Shown: one piece after another, positions 50,050 to 63,189 of the stretch
Layout: every line of letters starts with the position of its first letter
How positions within the stretch are numbered: position 1 is the stretch's first letter
NCBI RefSeq assembly: GCF_001194135.2
Contig: NC_068982.1
Coordinates: 86,011,553 to 86,075,552, forward strand
Source: Octopus bimaculoides
Lineage: Eukaryota
Direction of reading: 5' to 3'
DNA length: 64,000 bases
Position numbers and translations under genes: made by a program
Notes under the pieces: model-generated
What the model saw: the letters and a program-made list of their open reading frames with translations, nothing else
What the model was told of the DNA's origin: nothing
Databases searched by the model: none

Positions 50050-50090
50050 CTCCAGCCTCTGGATTTAAGATTTTATTATCAATAAGGGTT
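50050..50090 (-). CDS. IRAG1-like: Host gene micro-exon C (41 nt, phase 2-1)
   Basis: Acceptor tttttttcag|A, donor G|gtttgt. Completes the Lys codon from exon B and reads [13 protein letters not shown]; phases match both neighbours. Confidence 0.7.
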
Positions 50091-50419
50091 CTGAAAAAAA
50101 TTAATTAAACATAAATTATGAGAGTAAATATCAGAAAACTTGAGATCTAAATTTATTTGTACACCACTTTATTTTAACTGTAAAAGATTGTTTATGAATG
50201 TAAATAAAAAACTATAAGAATATTAGTAATAATGCCTTTTAAATATAAAATACACAAATTTATTGATGGAAAAAAATCCAGTTATTACAATATTAATGAT
50301 ATGAAAAAGACAAGATGATAATTTTGTATATATTTTCAAACAATGCCAGTTAAAGAGAGTATGGTGTGAGCTTTCTTCAAATTTATCAACAATTTTATTT
50401 AAGATGTGGTAGGAAATGT

Positions 50420-50560
50420 CTTCAAGCATAGGTATGTGGTAAAGAAGTTTGCTTTGCAATCATGTGGTTTTATGTTTCAGTTGACTGCATAGCACCTTGA
50501 CAGGTGTCTTCCAGCATCATAACCTACAGTTGACCAGTGCCTTATGAGTAGCATGTTCAG
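50420..50560 (+). mobile_element. Degenerate SINE head
   Basis: gtggtaaagaagtttgctt...agcaccttgacaggtgtcttc resembles the SINE at 43713. Confidence 0.6.
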
Positions 50561-51059
50561 AAGTTTATTGTGTGTGAGTATTAATGTCATAAATCTGTTT
50601 AAGTTTCATTAATCCTTTATGTTTAGTTTGGAAAAATGAGTCCGTTAGTGCTTCAAGGCCTTCCTGATCTCATTATCAGAATGAGATGACAGTAATGACA
50701 GGGTGCTACTCATTTGCTTTGCAGTAAGTTGCAAAAGATATTACAAAAACACCAACATATAAACAGCCCATCAACATGAAACCATTATCTAGCAAAGCAC
50801 AGAATGTACTTCAGACCACTGTAATACATAGATGTCATTGTAAACATGAAGGTTGTAAATTTCATGACTCACCCTGATACAATGCTGCAAATTTGGCATA
50901 CAAACAACACACAAATACATTGCACATAAAATAAACCACAAAATCACTATCCTGCAGCAAATTCAGTGTATAAATAAAACACATACACTGTGTATGTGTG
51001 ATCAATAATATTTACATGACAAGAGCTGCTTTTAATTCATAATTTTATATGTATATATA

Positions 51060-51260
51060 TGTGAAGGCACATGGCCTAATAGTTAGGCTGTTACACTCAT
51101 GATCATGAGTTCAATTCCCAGACTGACAGTGCGTTGCCTTCTTGAGCAAAGCACTTCATCTCATGTTGCTCCAGTTCCCCTTTCAATTGTGGGGAATGTT
51201 GGCTTGCTCACCTAGTGTGTGGGGTGGCATCATTTGAAGGCTAAAACAATGCAAAGACAT
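51060..51260 (+). mobile_element. Second tRNA-derived SINE family fragment
   Basis: catggcctaatagtta (A-box-like), gagttcaattccc (B-box-like), cttgagcaaagcacttc core. Confidence 0.65.
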
Positions 51261-52139
51261 CTTGTTGGTCCCATGATCATATGATATATTTTATAATATT
51301 TTATAGGCACAATGATATAAATAACCTGGTGTTAGAATTCAACATACATACACTTCAGAAATAAGCGTTAATAGAGTACAGAGTGTAAGAAATTAGGTAA
51401 ATGACAAGAGAATAAGAAATTGTGTATTGAATTTCATTAGCTTACAACTGCTTCAGCTATAAGATGCAATGCGTTCATAGTTGAGTGCTTGTGTATCACC
51501 CTGTAGCTCCATTAGGGCTTTAAAAATGAAGTGCAGTTTTATTTGGGAAAGCATTTATATATATGGAAAACATTACCACTGGAAAAAATGATAAAACTAT
51601 GTAGGAAATGAAAAATAGAGATTGAAGAGTAAAAAGCCCCTCCCAGTACAAAATAGATCTAGATAACTTTTGTGTATATATGTGTGTAGAAATAGGCATA
51701 TGATGAACTTCTATGTAGACAACTATTTATATGCATACATAAAATATAGACAGAATATCTATGTTGGGAATGAAGATGGATAGAAAATGATGAAATCCAT
51801 GAGAGAGAGAGAGAGAGAGAGAATCAAGACAATGAAGTGGGTACTAGCCAGTTTGATAAATAACATGTCAAAAGCATTGGGAAGGAAAGATATGTTATAG
51901 ATAACAACATGTGTGTATGTGTACGTGTGTGTGTACGTGTACATGTGTGTGTGTGTGTCTATAGAAGTAGAGAGAAAACATGTAGATAAACATGGAGTAT
52001 TATTTATACCTAGACATACATGAAGCTCCAACAAAGGTATGAGTGCATTGCATCCTGTAGCAGAAACAACTGTAAGTTAATGAAGTTCATTACATAATTT
52101 CTTACTTCTTTGTCATTTATTTAATTTTGTATATGTATG

Positions 52140-52365
52140 TTTGTCTTTGTCCTCTCCTGGTACCTAACAATTTGTGCTGGTGTGTTTATGTTTCTGTATC
52201 TTGGTGGCTTGCCAAAAGTGACCAATAGAATAAGTGCAATAAGACCAATAGAAACATATATAAAAAAAAGTACTGGGATTGATTCATTCGACTAAGATTC
52301 TTTAAGGTAGTGTCCAGCATGGCTGCAGTCTAAATGTCTGAGATAAGTAAAAGATAAAAGATACC
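52140..52365 (+). mobile_element. SINE 3' half
   Basis: ggtgtgtttatg...ccagcatggctgcagtc...aagtaaaagataaaagata tail. Confidence 0.7.
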
Positions 52366-53039
52366 TGAGAAAGATTAACATATCTCTAAGTTTTAAAAAT
52401 ATGAAATTATTAATAACAAAGTTCATTTAAATGATAGTAGCAGTTGCAAGACAGATATTTCTTAATGATTTTTTTAAATTTTTTATACAGACAATGCTAG
52501 TTAAGAGAAACCTGCTTACACCAAAGATTTACGCCTTGTATCTCTTACTTGCTCCTCATGGAGAAATAATAACACAATATTCATGAGAAGAACTTTCAGT
52601 GGAGAAATTCAACATTTTATTCTCCTGGTAACTACCAAATATACTAAGAATACCTGTAGAAAAATAATTTATTAGCATAAAAATATTTCAATGAAATGTT
52701 ATACACATAAAACATTTCAAATGTAACAAAATGTTTCCTATTTTTTTTTGTTCCTCAGCAGTGTTATTTCTTTTCTGCATAAGTCTAAAATATACAGGAA
52801 ATGGCTATTATTTTCTTCAGACTTTGCTTTTGTGACATTGACAATGATATTTTGATATTATTTTACCTATTTCAGTAAAACTGAGATTTTGGGAGGACAG
52901 TGTGTGTACAACTGGCCCCCTTGCCCAATTTCCTCCTTGAGTCATTCCTATCACCCATCATCTCCCCAACTGCAGTTAAATGTGAACAGAACTACATGCT
53001 TTATGGGTTTTTCATAGATATTGTTTAATTTTCTCACAG

Positions 53040-53763
53040 TCCAAAAAGGAATCTGCAAGACTTCTTTCCCTAAGCCTGTCTGAGGCAAAGGCTGAAAAAG
53101 GTAACTTTGTTAAACCAGTGAAAATCATAGAGTGCAGAGAATTCCCCCAAGATGCTCATTATGGAATGAGAAAGCAGTTTGGAATGACTTTCGCAATGAT
53201 TGAAGATTCTTGGAATCACAAAACAGAAAACTATGTGAAGCTGGGGAAGACTATGGTGAAGAACTACAAGTAAAATGGGGCTACAAGATGTAATTTTGAT
53301 GCTCATCTTGATAAATTCAAGGAAAACATAGAGACCTATTCAGAGGAGCAAGGCAAATGCTTCCACCAGGATATACTAGACCTTGAATGCCACTACCAAG
53401 GTGGGTATAATGAAAACAAGGTGGGTATAATGAAAACATGATGGGAGACTGAGACGTAAAAGTGAAACATTACAATCACAAATCTTGAAAAAGTACCCAC
53501 TACTAAACTCTTGTGTTCACTTTTGTATAACTTAAGTATACATTTTAATGTTAAGTTTGCTTTAATATGTTTTCCTCCTGGCTCTATCTGAATGAGAATA
53601 CACAAATTCATCCATTTTCCCATAGGAAATAGATAAATTTCATTATTATTATCAAGGTTACAAAAGCAAAGTTTGAAGGAAATAATAAGCCATTTTCTAT
53701 ACTTTTTCAATGCAGGCAATTAGAAAATAACACTACCTAGGAAAAAAAGTGTTATACATGGTA
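53040..53763 (+). mobile_element. Chapaev3-like (CMC) transposase C-terminal relic with 3' end
   Basis: AHLDKFKENIETYSEEQGKCFHQDILDLECHYQG resembles the recalled SHLDFFP..SDEQGERFHQDI..ME.RYQG motif; end gtgttatacatggta; 20-bp tandem duplication at 53401-53438. Confidence 0.6.
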
Positions 53764-53905
53764 GAATGAGCTTGATGAAAATTTGTTGGTATTAAACTAT
53801 AACAAGATAAATAGTTGTTTTTTTTAAATTGCAATCTGATATGAGGATACACAGTATGAAATCCTTTCAAAGATTAGAATGATGTAGATACAAAAGGAAA
53901 CTTAC

Positions 53906-54003
53906 TTTGCTTCTTCTAATTCTAAATGTTCTCTTTCTCGAATTCTTTTCAAATTCTCTACATATGACATCATTATTTCCATGGCTCGACTCATGCGTTC
54001 TTC
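53906..54003 (-). CDS. IRAG1-like: Host gene exon B (98 nt, phase 0-2)
   Basis: Acceptor tattcag|GAA, donor AA|gtaagt. [32 protein letters not shown](K) resembles the recalled MRVI1/LRMP core [20 protein letters not shown] and joins exon A in frame. Confidence 0.9.
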
Positions 54004-54154
54004 CTGAATACAGGAATTATTAAACAAAATCAATAGGATAAAAAATTTGAAGTAATGTAAGCATCTGTAAAATTGATGTAGATACCCCTGCATAACTGTA
54101 GTCCAGTGTGTATGTATGTGTGTGTATGTATGTGCGTGTATGTATGTGTGTGTG

Positions 54155-54201
<47 letters not shown>

Positions 54202-54299
54202 CTTGGGGATCTGTAAAGTCTTTTTCTTTTGCAGAATTTTAGACAATCACAAACAAAATGACCAGCCACTTTTGTTTTATTTATATTTTTGTGTGTAGA

Positions 54300-54760
54300 A
54301 TGTGGAGAAACATGCCTAGAAGGATAGTTTCAGTCGCTCACCTAGCAATTTCTCAAGAATCGGGTGTATAGCACAAATGTTGCCAGAAGTAGTTGATATA
54401 AAATTGGAAGACCTCCAACCATTCAGCTAACCTGAAGTGGTATAGAATGTGGGGTATAAGGGATGTGTGATATGTGGATGCATGGTGGGTAGTTGCAATG
54501 AGGCAGTAGTTAGATGACTCAGTAGGTGATGAGTTTTTTATAATTTGTAGAGATTAGATCAGTAGGTGAGAAATAGAGCGGGATTGTTTGAAGTATTGAG
54601 TGTCAATCTGGGATGCATGTAGTAGAATAAGATATGTTGATGAAGAGAGCGATGATTACAAAAGATGTGACATCTACATTTGCAGCATTCATTTGGGACA
54701 AGTGAAAGAGCCACAAGAGGTTATGAATGTCAAAGTCCAGAATCCAAATGTATTTACACC
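54300..54760 (-). mobile_element. Decayed PLE RT/thumb fragment
   Basis: Minus-strand remnants resembling YKPTDSH..HP.H...IP; heavily mutated. Confidence 0.4.
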
Positions 54761-55079
54761 TTTAAAAATAAGGAATACCCATGGATCATTCCAATAAAAA
54801 TAGCAACTTGGTGCAAACTCAACAAGCCTGATACTGTTTCATCTAGTTGGAAAAAAGGAGGACATCTATAGAGAAACCAACGAGAAACTTACAATACTTA
54901 TATCAGACTCTAGATTTCTACCAATTATCATAGGATCACTGAGTTGAGTAACAACATATTTGCATAAAACCTAGAAATTCTTCTAGAAATAACAAAGCAA
55001 ACTGATTTATACCCTCCAAATACAATTGATTAGTGGTGCAGTAAAAATATGTAAAGTATTCTAGGGATTCTCCATTTGA

Positions 55080-56280
55080 GTTTCCTTGAATGAACATATG
55101 CATACAACAAACATGGGTGCCCATCATAAGGCTAAATAAGAGAAAGCGGAATGTGGAAAGGCTGAACTCACATGACTTAAAAATCAGAATACTAGTGAGA
55201 CAACTGCAGTTAGGAGTAGATAAATGGCTTGTTAGAGCTATACAAGCCATATATAATGGTGCTGTTAATAGTGTGAGTCAGCCATGAGTGTAGAGATAAA
55301 TTTAGTGTACAAGTAGGAGTTTACCTGGGCTTAATTCTCAATCTTCCCTTATTCACCAAAGTCCTCCAGGCCATAACAGAGGAATTGAAACTGGTAGCCC
55401 ATGGGAACTAGAATATGCTGATGGTCTCACTTTAATAGCAGAATTAGAAAATAAATTCCAGGTACGGAAGCAAAATCTAACAAAGACCAAAGTTGTTGAT
55501 AGCATGAAAGCAGACATGGCTGTCTTTCTGTCAGGCAAATGGCTCAGCTCAATATGTACGAAAGGTGCTGGAAGGATTTCTATTTGTTGCACCTAGTTCA
55601 AGCTATGGACACAGAGGAAACATAGTGGAATCATAGGTAGAGAAAGTCGTCTTCATATGTGATGGATGCACAGGAACAATAAACACAAAGGACACATGGG
55701 AATTAGATTTTCTCAAATGCCCAGGAGGTTCCCTTGGGGTTATAGATAGTTTCTCTTAACTAGAGAGCAGTGAAGGAGGATGTTCTGAAAGTACTGTTGC
55801 TAGAATAGGAATAAGACAGAGGAAATTCAGAGAACTGTTACCTCTGTTGGCAACAAAAGACATCTCTCTCAGAGTGAAAGGTAGATTGTATGATGCTTAT
55901 ATATGAATGGCTATGCTCCATGGTAGTGAGACTTGGGCCCTCAATGCAGAAAGCATGTGAAGACTGGAAAGGAATGAAGCTAGTATGCTTTGATGGATGT
56001 GCTATATCAGTGTGCATGTATGACAAAGTGCAAATGTGCTGAGAGAAAAGTTGGGTATAAGAAGAATCAGATGTAATACTTTAGATTATAATGGTTTGGA
56101 CATGTGATGCATATGAACGAGGGCAGTTGTATAAAGTAGTACTGATTACTTTAAGTGGACAGTACTTATGGAAGAGGGAGACCCAGGAAGACATGGGATG
56201 AAGTAGCGAGGGCTGTCTCAAGATGTTGAATCTCATGGAGGAGATGACAATGCACTAGGATGTCTGGTTTTTGAGAAATC
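55080..56280 (+). mobile_element. RTE LINE RT C-terminal fragment
   Basis: LGVDKWLVRAIQAIY, PWELEYADG and RKFRELLPLL...LRVKGRLYDAY...HGSETWA. Confidence 0.85.
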
Positions 56281-56559
56281 CTGACTATCTCAGTGAAACT
56301 GTGTTCTGGAAGAGCTGTGTATTCCAACTACATTTAACATTAATTTACAAACCCCACCCCACTGAACTAAACTACAACTTTTCATGCATTGTGCTTGTCT
56401 CTCCCCCATCACTTTTGCAGCTCAACACTACTCTGTCATCTCTCTCTCTCTCTCTTGCCCTCCCACTACCAACTTTATCATTGCTATCCTGTTGCTCTTT
56501 ATATACTTGTGTTTCACCACTCACTGTGTTTCCCTTCCCTTCCTTCCTTTGCACTCACA

Positions 56560-56995
56560 TGAACTTCCTGCTCACTCATCTTGTCCAGTCCTGTACCATT
56601 CCATTTACATTCACCTCCTTGTACCTTGAGGGTACACCTTGGCACATTACCACCGTCTCTCTGACTGGAGTAACCATGTATCTCTTCTACAGCAAGATAC
56701 CTGTTTCTGTCCCTCTGTCATACTCTAACCTCTCATCACCTGTCACACAGCCAGCTCACTCCATACCACTCTTCCTCTCAAAGGATCTTTATCTTGCAAG
56801 TTACTTGGTGACCTTGTCAGTGATGGTGCCATGTAAAAAGGACTCAGTGCACCCAATGGTTGGCACTGGAAGGGCATCCAACCAAAGAAACCATGCCAAA
56901 AGCAAACAGTAAAGTTTGGCACAGTCCCCTGGCTTTCCAGCTCCTGTCAAACCATCCAACCCATGGAAGACGCGTTAAATGACAACAATGATGAA
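56560..56995 (-). mobile_element. RTE 3' UTR fragment
   Basis: Shares acagcaagatacctgtttctgtc with the reverse complement of 5640-5690, plus the family tail. Confidence 0.75.
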
Positions 56996-57999
56996 AATAA
57001 TGTAATTCATTGTTTTCTCTAAAGTATATTCCATTAGATGGCATTTGTCTAATGCTTCACAACTTAACTTCTCTTTTGAAGATATTGTGTGTGCATGTGT
57101 GTGTGCAACTTTCTCTGCATTTCTTTTAAAGGTCCATTATGTCTTCTACTATAAATCATTCTACACTTAACAACATCAATATCTAAAATACAATTGTATC
57201 TTGACATGAAACAGACAATATGGTTGTCTCTCCTCATAGCAGTCATTAAATTAATATCATCTGATAAAAAATACCTTCCATGATTATAAAAGAGATACTG
57301 GGTAATAAAGATAGTTCTGATATATATTATCTGTACGTCTCCCTTTCACATGATCTTGATGTATACAAAATTTAGCAAAAACAAAGTAAGCTTTGAAAAG
57401 AATGATTGAGTAGACAACAGCTCCATAATTTTGGTCAGTTAGTCAATCAGCTGATGGATCAACTAAACATCCAAACCTCAATGTGCAATGGATACATTTT
57501 GCTAGACTATCTGAAATACATGTAAACAAAATAAATCATTCTTTATGTCTTTACTAATATACTCTGATTAATGCACCAGAACTAATTGGTGATTGACTTT
57601 ACAATTTGTACCTGCTACAAGAAATAAACAACAATCTATATGGATTACTGTAATACTGACAGGACAATTTTGTTAGGCAGGTTCTATTTACATACAGTGC
57701 TCAGAGGTATTCACCTGGATTTATTTAATTTCTATTTTCCTTTGAACCTGCCAAAAAGAGGGTAATGTGGTGCCAGTGGAACAGCTCTGTAGATAGTCAT
57801 AAAGGTTAATTGTCTGTTATTGAAAGAATAGAAGAAAGGAAGCAGGCAATAGTAATATTATGGAGCAAGCTAAATGCAGGTTATATGAAGAGAAGCTAAA
57901 TGCAGGTTATACTTAGCTACAGGATAAGCTGAAAGTAAACAGTTTGTGAATGATCTAAAGTATGAAGATCAAAGATGAGAGGTATTGAAGATTGCGAGA

Positions 58000-59050
58000 A
58001 TGTGCCAGTGAAAATTGAAATGTTATTCGCAAGAAGTGTATTCGAAATGATAGCTGGCTCCTGCCTTTACCAATTGAAAAGAATGAAGACTGATGTGCTT
58101 ATTACAAAAGATTGCTGAATGTGATGAATGCACAGGGAAAAGAGTTTCTGTTCTAAGTAGGCCCTATAAGGAGATAGTCATTGAAGTTGAAAGTACTGTA
58201 GCAGATAGAGCAATTAGGGACATGGAAATAGGGAGGGTACCTGGTCCAATAACTATTCCACTGAGATGCTTAAAATTTCCAGCATGATCTAGTCATCCAT
58301 GTAGTAAATCAGATGGTTCAGGAACAGACCATACCTAATGACTTGTGTAGCAGTGGCATCATCAGTTGCTACATAAGTACAGTTGATGCTTTACAGAGTG
58401 GTAATTACACCAAACTACTGAACCAGGTTATGAGAGTTACAGAAGTTATAACTCAACTAATTAGGATAAAAATTCACTTAGAGGAAATTCAATTTGGTTT
58501 TGTGCCTCAGAGAACTATTACTGATACCATGATCTAAGAGGGGTTGCTGCAGGAGAAGTACTTAACTAGGAGTAAACCACAATATCTAGCATTTATCAAC
58601 CAAAACAGAACAGTGATTGCTGTGATTAGGCTAGGTTTAGACAAACGACTTATGAAAGTCATCTGTCTAAATCATGTACAGAGACATAATCAGAAAAATG
58701 AGTTAGCAATGACTTCAACAACAAATACAAAGTTTAGAAGGCAATCCATCAGGGCTCTATCTTTAGCCTATTTTTCTTCATTATGGTCTCCCAAGCTATA
58801 ACAGAGGAATTTGGAAGAGGATTTATGGTGATGGCCTAGTTTTTATATTAGAATCAATAGAGGATTTAAAGATAAAATTCTATAAATGGGAGCAAAACCT
58901 AGTATTGAGAGGCATCCAAGTTAAATGAGAAAAGACTAACTATTACTAAATAGGAGAGAAGAATAGACCCTGCTAACATGAGGGGAAAATGTGCAGAAAA
59001 AAAGTAGGTAATATTTCTATCAGGTACAATTTACAGCATGTATTGAGTAC
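58000..59050 (+). mobile_element. Older RTE LINE RT fragment
   Basis: RAIRDMEIGRVPGP, IQFGFVPQRTITDT and QEKYL; related to 63596-64000 but with many stops. Confidence 0.75.
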
Positions 59051-59183
59051 TTTTTTCAAGTCACCAGCACTATGGTGAAGTCACCTTGTGACTCACAAGA
59101 CTAAATAGTTCACATGACTGAAAAGGAGAATAAGAGAACAATTGGTGACTCTAGGTGAGGTACTGAGAAATTAAAGTCTTACA

Positions 59184-59214
<31 letters not shown>

Positions 59215-59216
59215 AC

Positions 59217-59251
<35 letters not shown>

Positions 59252-59261
59252 NNNNNNNNNN

Positions 59262-59299
<38 letters not shown>

Positions 59300-59301
<2 letters not shown>

Positions 59302-59495
59302 TTTGTGTGTACTTGACAACTGGTGTTGGTGTGTATATGTCCCTGTAACTTAGCAAAAAGGACTGACTGATAGAATAAGTACCAGGCTTTACAAACAAAA
59401 GAGTATTGAGGTCAATTCATTCAACTAAAAATTATTTAAGGTGGTGCCCTAGCATGGCTGCAATCTAATAACTGAAACAAGTAAAAGATAAAGGA
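59300..59495 (+). mobile_element. SINE 3' half after (GT)n
   Basis: gacaactggtgttggtgtg...gcatggctgcaatc...actgaaacaagtaaaagata. Confidence 0.75.
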
Positions 59496-59519
59496 TAATG
59501 ATAACATATTTTCCAAGGT

Positions 59520-60840
59520 AAGAATATGTGGTAATTCAAAGTTGTGGATCAAAGAAAAGAGAAAGTAGAAAGAGAGTGCAGAAAGGAAAAAAAGACAAAC
59601 AAACAGAATTATGAGAACAAGGAGGTTGGGGAAGAGAGGAAGATACTGACAGCAGGAAGGAAGTCAGGAAGGGAAGAAAAAGAAAAGAAAGAAGATGGAC
59701 AAAGGAGAAAGGAAAATTGAAGAAAGGAAACATAAAAAACAAAGGAGAAAAAAGAGAGAGAAGGGGAAAAGAGAAAGTATGAGGGAGAGAGTTGGAAGTG
59801 CCAAAATTGATGGATCTGCATGGTAGGCCAACAGTAAGAAATGATAGTGAAGGAAGGACTCCTCTGCGATAGTGTTGACTCCTCTGTGATAGTGTGCTCC
59901 AGTGCCTGTGAATATTCTTGCACTTGTACAATGGGATGTAAAAGTCTTTGGTTTGGCTTTCTGATCATGTAGCTGGTGGCTTCCTTCTTCAAATACCATG
60001 AGTTTGGCCAATGTAATGACATACTTCTCATGGCTCCTGAATGAAGTAGTATGGATGTATATACACTTCTTGAATGGATCTTCTATCAATCCAATATAAC
60101 ACTTTATGCTGGATGTATTGTTCAGTCCTCCTGGATATTACTTCTCCATCATAAACAACAGCGTATATTGCAGTGACTACCGAGTGGGCAAATGATGGTA
60201 TAATTACAAAAACAACCAGACTCTGGAATTGGCTTCTATAAAAGGATATGCTTCATGTTGATTGTGCAAACGAAAGAAATCTTAAGTGTGTATGTCAATT
60301 GAATAGCTTTCTATACCTATGTGTGGAAGGAAAATGTTTGTCAACTAACTTAAAGAAGATCTATGTATGCTTAGAGAGAAAGGCAGTGTTATTCTAAGGA
60401 CTCTACAGTAGTGGTTTCTCTTTGGTATGACTGGTTTGAGTGAGTAAGTGAACTTGTTTTTGAATTTGTTTGCTGCTTGTGTATTATTGTAGTAGGGAGT
60501 CACTCTATCAAATATTTCCTCATTAGAGAACACACCAGTGATCCTTCTGCTCACTTCTTTAACCAGGTTCTTGAATACAGAGGTTAGATAGTAAGACCCA
60601 GTGTTGATGTAGGTGAGTGTTTTGTTGGGCTTATAATAGGATTTGTAAGAACCAATACCTAAATCTAGCATCACATCTAAGAAGTTAACGCTGGTTCGGT
60701 TGGTTGTTATTGTGATACTAAGTACAAAGACTTCAAACATAACTATGTCAGTGAAAAATTATATTGACAGACAGATACTTGAATTTAAACTCTAACGAAC
60801 TTCCAGAATATAATATTCTAGAGAACAATCATTGTTAGTC
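59520..60840 (-). mobile_element. Penelope-like element (RT thumb plus GIY-YIG)
   Basis: ORF 60345-60740 VNFLDVMLDL..GSYKSYYKPN...YINTGS; KCYIGLIEDPFKK..IHTTSFR near 60050-60110; same type as 19245-20945. Confidence 0.85.
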
Positions 60841-61309
60841 TGATAAAATACTCAACTGCCATTGAATATAGCATGTTTACATTTATTGAAAACAAGTTAT
60901 GCAATTATAGTAAATTAGTTTCTTTTACAATGTAAAGGTCTCAAACATCTTGTGTCTAATTAAAAGCAGTTATAAACAGGTGTATCATTACTCAACTTTG
61001 AACAAAGAGTTATAAATCATAAGCATTCAAACTGGCTGGAATAATTATTAAACAAATTTTAAGATCTATGTAATATAAACATACTTCTAGGTACATAATG
61101 GTTAAATCTCATAATTGCATAACTTAGAAAGCTGTTTTAGCATTATTTTACTCTATATATAAAATGCAAAATTTATTTATTTCTTCGAAAAGTACAAATC
61201 TTACAAATTCTCATATTTCTATCTATAAATATAAGGATTCATTCAAGCTTACAGAAGACTTTAAGAGTTTAACTACAAACAATTTTGCTGTGGAAATTTC
61301 AGCACTAAC

Positions 61310-61441
61310 CTGTTGAACGGCTCCAAAAACTTCTGCTCGACCAGAAATTCGAGCAACAGCTTGTTCCAAGACATCAATGTAATGCTGGATATTTTTCACA
61401 GCATCTCGAATTTGTGGATCATTTGAAAGTTGCAACAAAGA
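61310..61441 (-). CDS. IRAG1-like: Host gene exon A (132 nt, phase 0-0), IRAG/MRVI1/LRMP-family coiled-coil protein
   Basis: Minus-strand acceptor tttcag|TCT and donor CAG|gttagt. Translates [44 protein letters not shown], resembling the recalled MRVI1 segment [20 protein letters not shown]. Confidence 0.85.
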
Positions 61442-61669
61442 CTGAAATTTAATGAGAATTTTAATGTTTAAAATAAAAGTTGTGCGTCTTGTGATAAAAC
61501 AATTTTATGAAAACAAAATATTAATACTAGAATCAAATGTTGAACTGATATTCTTATTTTTCTTACCTGTCAATAACATAAAAATCACTTTTTACCACAA
61601 TATTGAATATATACAGATTGGTGTACAAATAATGAATGAAGAAGCACCCGACATATATTGCGGAAGTAG

Positions 61670-62600
61670 TAACAGTTTGACTGTTACTTGAAGCTTCATA
61701 CTCATAATGTATTTCTAACTCGTCAGATGTCTTGAGATTAGAGTGACAAAGAAGAAATAATACAGGTTAAACGTGAGGATAGTTGGGGGCCTCAGATTAA
61801 TCATGTGTCGAAGTTAACAGGTCAGTGACAATTGATATTCTTGTTGGTTGTTGTATGTGGAAGAATGGACAGCCTAACAGCACACACAAGTTGACAGTTC
61901 AGCAAAAGCCAAGAGAAATATATAGCTGTTGTTGCTGTTCCTAATGGTGATATTAATAATTTAGCAGTTTCAGGTTACTTGTATTGTGTATAACTGTATT
62001 TGTTGCTGATGTTAGCAATAGTAGGCAATGACAGCCAGTGCTAACAGTTAACAGAAGGGAAGTAATCTAATAGCAAGTAAGAGTTATCTACACTTCATTT
62101 ATATTAAAGTCAGATAGCAGCCAATTTTTTAATTTAATGAACAGGAGTATCTCTTTAAACATTAAAGCAAAAGACAATAATACATACCCACACAGATCTT
62201 AGAGCACAACACAATTGTTGAAATACCACAAACTGTCTATTGAAAAGATACTGCCTACAAAAGGTTGTGGCTTATAGATCCATTTAATATCACCCCTATA
62301 GTATTCTGCGAAACTGCACAATTCTAAAAGCTAATGATTTCACAAAAACATTTACATAACATCTTCACTTTTTTATATGCAGGGATAGGAAAAACTCCAC
62401 CCAACCATCTTGCATCAATTGAATATTCTAGAACAAAAGAAACTTTTCTAACACCACATAGAGCATTCTTGACAGAGTTCCTCCTTACTCACCTAGAGCT
62501 CATAATTGCCAACTCTTCATTCTTGAGAAGTTGCATGTATTGAAAGAGACTGAAGTTTCCATCAACAGGAAAACAAAACTCTTATTCTGCTACCATCATA
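61670..62600 (-). mobile_element. Decayed PLE fragment
   Basis: LLKNEELAIMSS..KGGT resembles PLE RT N-terminal LK.N..IVI..ADKGG; CTGACGAG hammerhead remnant at 61719-61726. Confidence 0.45.
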
Positions 62601-62949
62601 GAAATGTCCTACTAACTTCAGACTGTTGGTCACTAATATTATCTTCACTTTATCAGATTTACATGTAATGGGTAGCCAACACCTGCTTCATCATAATGAC
62701 TGCCACTACTGTCTATCATTGCCTACCGTTGCTAACACTCAACATCAAATATTGCTACATATCCTGGATACTGATAGGTTATTAGTCTTATCTTTCTATC
62801 TGCTGTTACTGACCTTCTATGCATGGTATACCAGCTGGTGCCAACAGATTGTCCAGTGTGTCACCTGGAACAGTTAATGGAGGTCTCTTTAACCGATCTC
62901 ACTTTTAAGCCATATTTTTTCTTCATCGATTTGATCTCAAGGTATATGA

Positions 62950-63080
62950 TCCATTCATCATCATCGCCATCATTTAATGTCCACCTTTTCAAGTTTGCAT
63001 GCATTGGGCAGAATTTATTGAGACAGATTTTCTACAGCTGGATGCCCTTCATGTCTCCAACCATCACCTGTATCCAGGTA
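62950..63080 (-). mobile_element. RTE 3' UTR remnant
   Basis: catcatcatttaatgtcc...tttctacagctggatgccctt. Confidence 0.65.
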
Positions 63081-63189
63081 ATATTTCTAATGACCAGACA
63101 TGTTTGCACAGAAGATTGGAATCAAAGAATATCACTTGTATGATGATATTCATTTACAATCATCACGTGAAGTCAAAGTAAGGAGACAG

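Noticed and set aside
52525-52655. Possible host exon (KVLL...RRKSL) with a good acceptor at ~52654
   Set aside because: All phases from the acceptor hit stops and none fits the phase-2 end of exon B; 50050-50090 fits better.
59536-60089. Hydrophobic F/L/S-rich ORFs as membrane proteins
   Set aside because: Translation of a purine/pyrimidine-skewed low-complexity PLE 3' region; the genuine part is the GIY-YIG remnant.
62485-62560. gtgagt donor suggesting an upstream host exon
   Set aside because: The phase-0 frame needed for exon A ends in TAG, and the sequence is better explained as PLE RT remnant.
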